Shown here one piece after another: positions 45,297 through 53,662 of a stretch of 64,000 bases of DNA. A model generated the notes under the pieces. The model saw nothing but the letters and a program-made list of their open reading frames with translations. It was not told the DNA's origin and made no database searches. The stretch comes from a virus. How positions within the stretch are numbered: the first letter of the stretch is position 1; each line of letters starts with the position of its first letter. A program made the position numbers and the translations under genes. Where the stretch lies: positions 32,001 to 96,000 of IMG/VR virus record IMGVR_UViG_3300020056_002227. One strand, written 5' to 3'.

Positions 45297-46334
45297 ATGG
45301 CCAATTTTACTCGACCCGAGAGGCTAAAACAAGCAGAGTATTCTAAAAAGCACTCTCTACTCTCGTTTCCAAGTACACCATTGCCGCACGGAATTCTTCT
45401 ACTCTTTAAAGAATATGATTATGCAGCAGTAGGTGGAGAAGGTGGTGATGACTATAATAGCCTAACGAGTGGTCTTTTTGCTGGACTGTCTGGTGGAACT
45501 GATAAGCCACCACCGTCGAATGTTTCTTCAATTGAATTGCCGTTTCCAAAAACCCTTACGGACCAACACGGTATCAAGGTAAATGGTTTTGACAGAAGTT
45601 TTCTATCAGAAAGACTTTCCTCATTTGCCGCAAGTGCACTAGGTGGAAGTATTGCTGAAGGTGGTGATAGGGTGGCAGGTGCAGTGTCTGATGCTGCTGG
45701 CATGGGAAAGGATGTTCTTTCCAAATTAAAGACCATCGGCGAGAGATTAAATACAGATCCCTCTGGTGTAAAGGAAGACCTCAGATCTCTTTTAGGTAGT
45801 TCGGGGCAACAAGCCAAACAGGTAATGACATATTTGCTACAGAATTATTCTGGTGATATAGGAAGAGCAATGAGTGCTGCAACTGGTGCAGCAATCAACC
45901 CAAATGAAACCCTTGCGTTTGAAGGTGTTGATCTAAAAACATTTTCATTTACATGGGATCTGTTCCCAGAAAACGAACAAGATTCTGAAAATATCAAAAA
46001 GATAGTTCAATTAATACGACAAAACATACTGCCCGATTATGGTGCGTTTGAAGGACTCAGTGTTGAGAGAGCATTGCTTACTTATCCATCCGTTTGTTTT
46101 ATTGAATTGCTTGGAGTAGACAATTCCCACTGGCCTAAATTTAAACCTTGTTTGGTATCGAACGTCTCACTTGACTATGGTGCCGGTGGTATGATAGGCA
46201 TCTTAAAGGGAGGTCGTCCTGTTGCTGTTCAACTCCAAATGACATTTAATGAATTGACAATCCACACGAGACAGGATTACCCAGGTGATACAGCGACGGC
46301 ACCTCAAGCGGAGGCAGAGAACACTGAAGGATAA
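45297..46334 (+). CDS. 48: Baseplate tail-tube cap gp48
   Basis: IELPFP...NPNETLAFEGV..KTFSFTWDLFP...YPS...PVAVQLQMTFNE. Confidence 0.85.
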   Translation: MANFTRPERLKQAEYSKKHSLLSFPSTPLPHGILLLFKEYDYAAVGGEGGDDYNSLTSGLFAGLSGGTDKPPPSNVSSIELPFPKTLTDQHGIKVNGFDRSFLSERLSSFAASALGGSIAEGGDRVAGAVSDAAGMGKDVLSKLKTIGERLNTDPSGVKEDLRSLLGSSGQQAKQVMTYLLQNYSGDIGRAMSAATGAAINPNETLAFEGVDLKTFSFTWDLFPENEQDSENIKKIVQLIRQNILPDYGAFEGLSVERALLTYPSVCFIELLGVDNSHWPKFKPCLVSNVSLDYGAGGMIGILKGGRPVAVQLQMTFNELTIHTRQDYPGDTATAPQAEAENTEG

Positions 46335-46337
46335 GAT

Positions 46338-46715
46338 ATGACAAAATATTTTGAGCCCTTTCCGACAATAGAATATCAAGGTAGATTGGTAAAAGATATT
46401 ACTCGCAGAAATAATTTCATGCGCAGTATTACGAACAACCCATATCTATTTTTACCCTACACTGTTTCCGAAGGCGAGAGACCAGAAGATGTCGCACAAT
46501 TTTATTATGGGTCAGTCGATTATGTTTGGTTAATTTATCTTGCAAATAATATCATTGATCCCTATCACGCATGGCCTATGGATGAATTTACATTCAATAA
46601 CTACATAATTAACAAGTATCAAGAACAGTCTGGCCTTGAAGGTGATGATGTGGTTGCTTGGACACAGAGTGATACAGATGAAAATATTGTCTACTATGTA
46701 AGAGAGATTAACTAA
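46338..46715 (+). CDS. 53: Baseplate wedge gp53, N-terminal part (LysM-like)
   Basis: KYFEPFPTI...YTVSEGERPEDVAQFYYG..DYVWLIYLANNIIDPY.AWP. Confidence 0.85.
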   Translation: MTKYFEPFPTIEYQGRLVKDITRRNNFMRSITNNPYLFLPYTVSEGERPEDVAQFYYGSVDYVWLIYLANNIIDPYHAWPMDEFTFNNYIINKYQEQSGLEGDDVVAWTQSDTDENIVYYVREIN

Positions 46716-46978
46716 TGGCAGTCGACGAGATCATCCTAGCTCCAGAATCGTTTCAAACGATTTATCTCCGAAGGGAAGATAGAGTAATTCTACGAACGGA
46801 GCAAGGTAGAAAAATTATTATCAAAAGAATTGTACCGGAAGAATGGAAACCTTACCGCATCTACGATTATGAAAGGGATTTGAACGAAAACAAGAAAGAG
46901 ATTTTCTTATTCGATAAAAGATTCTTATCGCAACTATCAAAAGAGTATGTTGATGCCCTGCGTAATTCTAGCGAGTAA
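46715..46978 (+). CDS. gp53 C-terminal-like separate ORF
   Basis: YDYERDLNENKKEIFL resembles the gp53 C-terminal motif YE...NE.KR.I. Confidence 0.6.
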   Translation: MAVDEIILAPESFQTIYLRREDRVILRTEQGRKIIIKRIVPEEWKPYRIYDYERDLNENKKEIFLFDKRFLSQLSKEYVDALRNSSE

Positions 46979-46980
46979 AT

Positions 46981-48342
46981 ATGTCAGGTAATTTCAACCC
47001 ATCAAAAGCCTTAATTACAAAGGCCTTGCTTAAAAATCTTTCGGGTGCTACCGAAGAGATTACTGCACTCATTGGTGGCTTTGAAATTAAACAGTCAATT
47101 GCAAGTACCGCTTGGAATATTGTGTTGTCAGTTGGAGACTCTATAGGTTTACTCGAAGGGGCCAGAGAATTTGGTGAACTAAAAGGTGAAGAAGAGATAG
47201 AATTAGAAATTCAATGCATGGACTTTGAACCTCCTACAAAGGTGATATTGAATGCATATGTAATTCGAATCGATAACGTACAGCCAATGGGTAGTGGTAG
47301 AGGTTTGTTTTATGATATGCACCTCATTTCTAAAACTACCTTTGAGGCGTCAACAAAAAGAGTGACTAGTGCATTTAAAGAAAGAACAGCTAGTAAAGTA
47401 GCGCAAGAAATATTCAGTCAATATTATGGTAAAATGGGTGGGACCAGTAATATGGCAGCACAACAATTACCCTACCCAAAAGATGTTAGGAAAAGTCTAG
47501 GGTTGAAGGCTGTCTATTTCGAAGAGTCTGCTGATACATTGAGCCTTGCAACAATCATACCGAATCTACCTGCTGCCAGCGCAATGGAATTTGTAGCAAA
47601 TCGCTCTTATAGTGAAAAGAGTAAATCGTCATCATTTAGATTTTTCGAAACATTGACTAGCTACTTTTGGGTATCAGATGAGTGGTTAATTGAGTTTGGT
47701 AATAGAAATCCAGGCCGAAATATGCCACTCGTTTATAACCCTATCTCATCCTTAGATCCAAGAGATAAAGATTTAATGAGAAAGACTATTGAAAATATGT
47801 ACAATGATAAACGTGTAAGTGATATGGATGATATTCATTCTGGTGGATATAAAAATAGAGCTTTTATCATTGACCTTCTAAGAGGTAAGGTTGAAGATAA
47901 GACCTTTGAATATAAACCAGGCGAATTTGTCGAGATGGGTGGTGGTTCAATAACGAACGATACCCATACCAATCAATGGATCAATAAGTACACTACAAAA
48001 AATAATGCTCAACGGTTTTTCGTTTATAAAGACTACAAAGAAAAAAATCCTGGTGTTAATAGACCAAATCAATTCCATGCAGAAATTGTTTCTCAGCGAT
48101 TGAAGCACGAACACCACATTAATTATATGACGGCAACTGCAAAATTAAAAGGTAGATTAGATATTGAGCCGGGAATGATTGTAGATATAAAAGCATCGAA
48201 AATGAGTAATGTTGGAACCAAAGAAGGGGAAGAGAATAAAAGGCTATCAGGTAACTATCTGGTTCACTCTACCAACCATACGATGACGAATAATGTTTTA
48301 GAAACACAATTGACATTAATTAGATATATGAGTGAGAAGTGA
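46981..48342 (+). CDS. Baseplate hub protein (gp27-like)
   Basis: FRFFET...G..DIEPGMIV...LSGNYLVHSTNH; between gp53 and gp5. Confidence 0.6.
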   Translation: MSGNFNPSKALITKALLKNLSGATEEITALIGGFEIKQSIASTAWNIVLSVGDSIGLLEGAREFGELKGEEEIELEIQCMDFEPPTKVILNAYVIRIDNVQPMGSGRGLFYDMHLISKTTFEASTKRVTSAFKERTASKVAQEIFSQYYGKMGGTSNMAAQQLPYPKDVRKSLGLKAVYFEESADTLSLATIIPNLPAASAMEFVANRSYSEKSKSSSFRFFETLTSYFWVSDEWLIEFGNRNPGRNMPLVYNPISSLDPRDKDLMRKTIENMYNDKRVSDMDDIHSGGYKNRAFIIDLLRGKVEDKTFEYKPGEFVEMGGGSITNDTHTNQWINKYTTKNNAQRFFVYKDYKEKNPGVNRPNQFHAEIVSQRLKHEHHINYMTATAKLKGRLDIEPGMIVDIKASKMSNVGTKEGEENKRLSGNYLVHSTNHTMTNNVLETQLTLIRYMSEK

Positions 48343-48349
48343 GGGATTT

Positions 48350-49816
48350 ATGTCATTTGAATTAGGTGTAGGAATACGAGAACCACTTTTCTTTTTAGGT
48401 ATCATCGAAGATAATGATGATCCTACACTGATGGGTCGGGTTAAGGTACGTGCATTTAGTATCCACGGAACAAAAGAGGAAGTAAAAACAGAAGACTTAC
48501 CTTGGGCAATGGTGGCACACGGTAATTATGACCCGAATAATTTCTTGCCCTCGATCAACTCTTTTGTTTACGGCATGTTCTTAGATGGTCGATCCGCGCA
48601 GGTACCAGTTGTTCTGGGATTGCTTCCAACCCAATTCGTCGAGCCTGTAGATGACACGAAGATGGGCAGTATTCCAAAAAGAGATGGTAAATTACTAGCA
48701 AAAGGTTTTTCTCCAAGAGATGCTGGACAAGCTCAAATGTCTCGTTTGGCTCGTGGTGAAAATATCGAAGAGACTGGAGTCGCATCACAGGAAGTAAATC
48801 GAATCGAAGGCTTTAGAATTGGTGGTACAGATAAGAAATGGAGTGAACCCCAGACTGCATATGCTACCAAATATCCACACAATCGTGTTATCGAAACGGT
48901 ACACCATTCAATCGAACTAGATGATTCACCAGGTGGTGAACGAATTACGATTCGACACAAAGAAGGTTCATATATTCAAATTGATTCGATGGGTAATGTT
49001 GCAGAAAAATCCAAAGGAGCAAGACACGAGGTTACTACGAAAAACAGATATGAAGGTACTGGTGCTAACCACGTAGTGACGATCGGTGGTGATGCGCACG
49101 TTTATGTGAAAGGTAATAAGACCGAAGAGATTGAAGGAAATTATAATCTACTGGTGCACGGAAATGCTCAATTTGGTGTTGGTGGCCAGATGAATTTGAA
49201 TGGTGGTGATCAGATACAAATGAGAGCCGCAGATGTGAAGATTCAAGCCAACGTCGGTACTATGGCAATCAACGCAGAGAAAGAATTGCAGATACAGGGC
49301 AAGACTCGACTTAATATTAAATCAAATAACATTTATTTCCATGCAAATCTGAATCCGTTAAGCCCACTGAGTGGTAAATTTGAGGTGTTTGCAGACACAA
49401 GTACAAAACTTTTCTCTGGCACCGATGTACATATTAGATCGTCAAATATGTTTATTGATAATCATGGTCTCATCCCTTCACTCAACGGTACAGGATTTAA
49501 TGTCAGGAGCAATACTGGATTATTCATGGAATCGACTGTTGGGCCGGCTCATATCAAATCAAATACCCAAATGTCTTTACAAAGCATTGCAAATGTAAGT
49601 ATTTCGGGTCTCAGTGTATTCATTGATGATACCATCTCTATGGCAATGGGACTAGCAATCCCTGCAGCATCACCTGGAGTTCCATCATTTGCACTACCCA
49701 CCATCGATGCGGCAGAGTGTTCAATGCCGGAACCTCCTTCAAGGTCTTCGGCCCTTTCTTATATCAAATTCGAAAATACCCAATCTACCGGTGGGTATGT
49801 TTCGGCTGAGGAATAA
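48350..49816 (+). CDS. 5: Baseplate central spike gp5 (OB fold + beta-helix, no lysozyme domain)
   Basis: GIIEDNDDP..MGRVKVR...DLPWA...GMFLDG...YPHNRV...ELDDSPGGERI. Confidence 0.88.
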   Translation: MSFELGVGIREPLFFLGIIEDNDDPTLMGRVKVRAFSIHGTKEEVKTEDLPWAMVAHGNYDPNNFLPSINSFVYGMFLDGRSAQVPVVLGLLPTQFVEPVDDTKMGSIPKRDGKLLAKGFSPRDAGQAQMSRLARGENIEETGVASQEVNRIEGFRIGGTDKKWSEPQTAYATKYPHNRVIETVHHSIELDDSPGGERITIRHKEGSYIQIDSMGNVAEKSKGARHEVTTKNRYEGTGANHVVTIGGDAHVYVKGNKTEEIEGNYNLLVHGNAQFGVGGQMNLNGGDQIQMRAADVKIQANVGTMAINAEKELQIQGKTRLNIKSNNIYFHANLNPLSPLSGKFEVFADTSTKLFSGTDVHIRSSNMFIDNHGLIPSLNGTGFNVRSNTGLFMESTVGPAHIKSNTQMSLQSIANVSISGLSVFIDDTISMAMGLAIPAASPGVPSFALPTIDAAECSMPEPPSRSSALSYIKFENTQSTGGYVSAEE

Positions 49817-49818
49817 AA

Positions 49819-51351
49819 ATGGCATCTAATTGTATAGACATAACTGATCAATCAAGAATGGCCTCAGTGGCTCTGAAAGGTGGGCCTGGAGTAGATGCAA
49901 ACGGTGAATACACCCTCAGTCAAGTAAAAATATTTTCACAGGAATATGCAAACAACATATTACGAGATATTGAGAAGAACCCTCTTGCTAGAATTACTGA
50001 GCTATATGGTGATTCGATCTATGACACCACAGATTACATTAATGGTATTTTTCTCAAAAAAGATTATGTAGAAGATGCGCTAGAGAATTATCCCGGCTTG
50101 AGTCGTAGATGGGAGAAAGGCAATCTATCAAATATAGAAATTGCTGATTTCTTGAATGACTATAATCTAACTCCAAACGGTATGATTAATAAGAGTAATT
50201 TTAATTATAACGGTTTGCTACGAGATATGGATTCATACTATCAAGCATCTTTTTCTGATAGTATTTTAGGTGGCTTCTGTAAATTAATACCTCAAGTATT
50301 CGGTGCGATTGATGCCTTCTTTGATACGCTTGTTGCAATCGAAAACGCAATTGCTAATATTCTTACCAAATTAAGAAATCTGGATGATGCTTTAAATGCC
50401 CTTGCACAAAAAGCAACGATAGAGTTCTTAATCGGTGAAATCAAAAAACTAATAACTGAACTAATTACTCAGGTTTTTGCTGAAGTGATGTCTATCGTTG
50501 AGAATTTTAATATCCAAGATGTGATAGGTGATATTAATACTTTCATTCGGGAAGATATAGTAAAAGGCATTGTGATGCAAAAAGAGAGGGCATGCTTACT
50601 TCTTAATGATGATAAACAAAAATCTGTAAAAGAAGAAGCAGAGAGTTTGATCGACTATATTACAGGTCTTTTCGAAAACCCTCAGCTAGAAGAAATCGAA
50701 TTCATGGTAATGAGATTTTGTGCTTTTGCAACCAATATCGAAGCATTAATTAAAGAAGTAAATAGACCCTTAGATGATTACACCAACCGATATCGAAGAA
50801 TAGTAGGAAGATTGAAAGCCGTTTCTAATTTGAATACTTCAACAGCAGTACGAAATGGAGGTATCCGTTTATCGGATGAGCGTAAGAAAGAGATAATAAA
50901 TAGTATGGAACAGAAATGGGATTCTGCTGAAGGGACAAATAATCCACCACCTCCCACCGTTGCAGAATATTTCGGTTTACCCAGTTGTAAGGCAGTAAAA
51001 AATGGTAGCGATCCAAGAGTTAAGATATCGGGTGATTGGGTAGATCCAGAAGTATTGGGACTCGAAGGTTGGGTGAACATAGATTTGGACGCAAAGGTAT
51101 ATCTGATGCGTTTTCAAAAGAAGGTTGGTGGACAGTTGGATGTAGTCAACGGATGGAGAACCGAAGAATATAACGAAGAAGTAGGTGGATCTCCAGAATC
51201 GTCTTATTTAAGTGGTATTGCTTTAGACGTAAAACTTGCAGGCGATTCTGATGATTGGATTCAATCAGCATATGAAAGTGGTTTTGGTTATGCAAATGTT
51301 AAGGGCAGTAATATCCACCTAGATCTGACACGAAGACCGAGGCCAGAATAA
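49819..51351 (+). CDS. Structural protein with C-terminal peptidase M15-like domain
   Basis: NGWRTEEYN..VGG..ESSYLSGIALD...IHLD. Confidence 0.6.
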   Translation: MASNCIDITDQSRMASVALKGGPGVDANGEYTLSQVKIFSQEYANNILRDIEKNPLARITELYGDSIYDTTDYINGIFLKKDYVEDALENYPGLSRRWEKGNLSNIEIADFLNDYNLTPNGMINKSNFNYNGLLRDMDSYYQASFSDSILGGFCKLIPQVFGAIDAFFDTLVAIENAIANILTKLRNLDDALNALAQKATIEFLIGEIKKLITELITQVFAEVMSIVENFNIQDVIGDINTFIREDIVKGIVMQKERACLLLNDDKQKSVKEEAESLIDYITGLFENPQLEEIEFMVMRFCAFATNIEALIKEVNRPLDDYTNRYRRIVGRLKAVSNLNTSTAVRNGGIRLSDERKKEIINSMEQKWDSAEGTNNPPPPTVAEYFGLPSCKAVKNGSDPRVKISGDWVDPEVLGLEGWVNIDLDAKVYLMRFQKKVGGQLDVVNGWRTEEYNEEVGGSPESSYLSGIALDVKLAGDSDDWIQSAYESGFGYANVKGSNIHLDLTRRPRPE

Positions 51352-51768
51352 ATGACCGTACAGGTATACACACCGAGAACTAAGAAGCCGGTTCTCTACT
51401 CTGATATCCGAAAGGATTTGGCGCTTAGCCCTATCAGTTCGGATATTGCTGTATTGAAGGACGAAGATTCTGTAAAAGAAGCAATCAAGAATCTAATCCT
51501 TACAGACCCGGGTGAGAGACTCATGCAACCATTCATTGGTGGAGGTATTAGAGCTCTACTGTTCGAAAATATAACGCCTGCGGTCATCAAATTAATCGAA
51601 GATAGAGTAACTACTTGCATTGAAACGTATGAACCTAGAGCAGAATTGATTGATGTAACTGTGTCTTCAAATATCGATGATAATAAAGTGGGTGTACTGA
51701 TAAGATTTTTTATTCAAAGCAGACAACAGCCAATCACGCTCAACGTTATTTTAGAAAGGATAAGATAA
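51352..51768 (+). CDS. 25: Baseplate wedge gp25
   Basis: IKNLILTDPGERLMQP..G..IRALLFE...YEPR. Confidence 0.92.
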   Translation: MTVQVYTPRTKKPVLYSDIRKDLALSPISSDIAVLKDEDSVKEAIKNLILTDPGERLMQPFIGGGIRALLFENITPAVIKLIEDRVTTCIETYEPRAELIDVTVSSNIDDNKVGVLIRFFIQSRQQPITLNVILERIR

Positions 51769-51769
51769 G

Positions 51770-53650
51770 ATGGCAAATCCTAAAACACCAATAACAGAAC
51801 TCGATTTTGGTGCGGCCAAACAACAACTCAAACAATATTTGAGAACGCAAACACAATTCAAAGACTATGACTTTGAAGGCTCGAATATGAGTGTGCTGCT
51901 TGATGTTCTGGCGTATAATACGTTTCAAAACAATTTTTATACGAACATGGCAATCAACGAAATGTTTCTTGATTCTGCCGTTCTTAAGAATTCGATTGTT
52001 TCTCATGCAAAGGAATTGAATTACCTACCGAGATCTCGTAAATCAGCAAAGGCTGTTGTAAATGTAACCATCGTAGATCCCACAGAAACATCACAGACAA
52101 TTGAGATCCCGAGATTCACAGATTTCTCGTCTAATTATCTGGGTGAGAATTTTAACTTTGTGACAGATCAGACCTACGTTGCTAGAAGGGTATCTGTTGA
52201 CGAGGCTGCTGGCATTTTTGCTGGTACATTTATTGCTGAAGATGTCGAACTCTTTGAAGGTCAGACACTTACAAGTTTTCAGAGAGAAGGTTTCATTATT
52301 GACGCAGATGGAAAATTAAGGGTACAGCTGACCAATGACAATGCTGATATCGATTCTCTGGTAGTGTACGTTGATGCAGAAGAGACTGAAGATAAAAATA
52401 TCTTTACCCGAGCAAATTCAATCTTTGGTGTACGGCCTGATGATAAGGTATTTTATGTCGAAGCATATTTTGACAATTCCTACGCCATCTATTTCGGTGG
52501 TAATAATTATGGCTTGCAGCCAGAACCATTCGAAGATGTAAGAGTTCAATATAGAGTAACATCTGGTGAAGAGGGTAATGGAGCATTTAGTTTTAGTACC
52601 GGATTTAGAGAGGGTGAAATTTCTGTAGAAACCGTCTCTCCAGCACAAGGCGGTTTAGAAAGAGAATCACTTGACAGCATTCGTTATTTTGCACCCAAAT
52701 CATTGCAGATCCAAGACAGAGCAGTAACGACAAAAGATTATGAAATTCTGTTGCAACAAAGATTCCCAGAAATCACAGCAGTATCTGCATATGGTGGTGA
52801 AGACTTAGATCCACCTCAATTTGGTAGAGTTGCAATCTCTGTATTCTTGCAAGATGATGCACAGCTAATTTCAACGACACTTGCAAATACATTTATCGAA
52901 TATCTAAAAGAAAGAAGCCCTCTTAGTATTGAGCCTATTTTCGTACAGACACAATTCTTATATGCTGATATTCACGCGAAGATTAACTATACTGGTAAAT
53001 TATCTCAGAAAACACCACAAGAATTTGAGGTTATGGTTAGAAACGCGATTCAAGCATATTCTGATAATAATTTGGAACAATTCAATGCGACATTAAGATC
53101 ATCCAAGCTTGCCTCTTCTATTGATGCACTAGACACAGCAATTCAAAGTTGTCAGCTTGATATTATGCCAATCATTCAATACTCTCCGGTGTTGAATGTG
53201 GCAGCTAATCCAAGATTTAGATTTGAAACAGAATTGGTAAAACCATACCCATTCAGATTAACGAACGGATTTAATGATTACAAACCTGCAATTAAGAGTA
53301 GTGTATTCGATACCACTGGTGGTGTTTGTGTATTCATCCAAGATGATGGTGAAGGTAAATTGCAGCTTGTTACAGATAATCTTACAAATCCGCAGATTGT
53401 AAATCCAAATGCTGGAACTGTGGATTATGAAACCGGTGATGTTCGTTTATCAAAATTGATTGTAGAGGATTATCCGGGCCAAGCAATTAAGATTATGGCA
53501 AAGACAGCATCCGACGATATTAAATCTCCCACAGGCCGAGTTTTCATTATTCGTGATTCTGATGTTAGATTTAGTGCAATTCGTGAGGATAGTGATGCTT
53601 ATGGTAACCTCGATGGAAATATTAGTAGAACATCAACAACTACGTACTAG
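51770..53650 (+). CDS. 6: Baseplate wedge gp6
   Basis: LDF...FKDYDFEGSNMSVLLDVLAYNT...EMFLDSA...QDRAVTTKDY. Confidence 0.95.
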   Translation: MANPKTPITELDFGAAKQQLKQYLRTQTQFKDYDFEGSNMSVLLDVLAYNTFQNNFYTNMAINEMFLDSAVLKNSIVSHAKELNYLPRSRKSAKAVVNVTIVDPTETSQTIEIPRFTDFSSNYLGENFNFVTDQTYVARRVSVDEAAGIFAGTFIAEDVELFEGQTLTSFQREGFIIDADGKLRVQLTNDNADIDSLVVYVDAEETEDKNIFTRANSIFGVRPDDKVFYVEAYFDNSYAIYFGGNNYGLQPEPFEDVRVQYRVTSGEEGNGAFSFSTGFREGEISVETVSPAQGGLERESLDSIRYFAPKSLQIQDRAVTTKDYEILLQQRFPEITAVSAYGGEDLDPPQFGRVAISVFLQDDAQLISTTLANTFIEYLKERSPLSIEPIFVQTQFLYADIHAKINYTGKLSQKTPQEFEVMVRNAIQAYSDNNLEQFNATLRSSKLASSIDALDTAIQSCQLDIMPIIQYSPVLNVAANPRFRFETELVKPYPFRLTNGFNDYKPAIKSSVFDTTGGVCVFIQDDGEGKLQLVTDNLTNPQIVNPNAGTVDYETGDVRLSKLIVEDYPGQAIKIMAKTASDDIKSPTGRVFIIRDSDVRFSAIREDSDAYGNLDGNISRTSTTTY

Positions 53651-53662
53651 GGACACTCCCAG

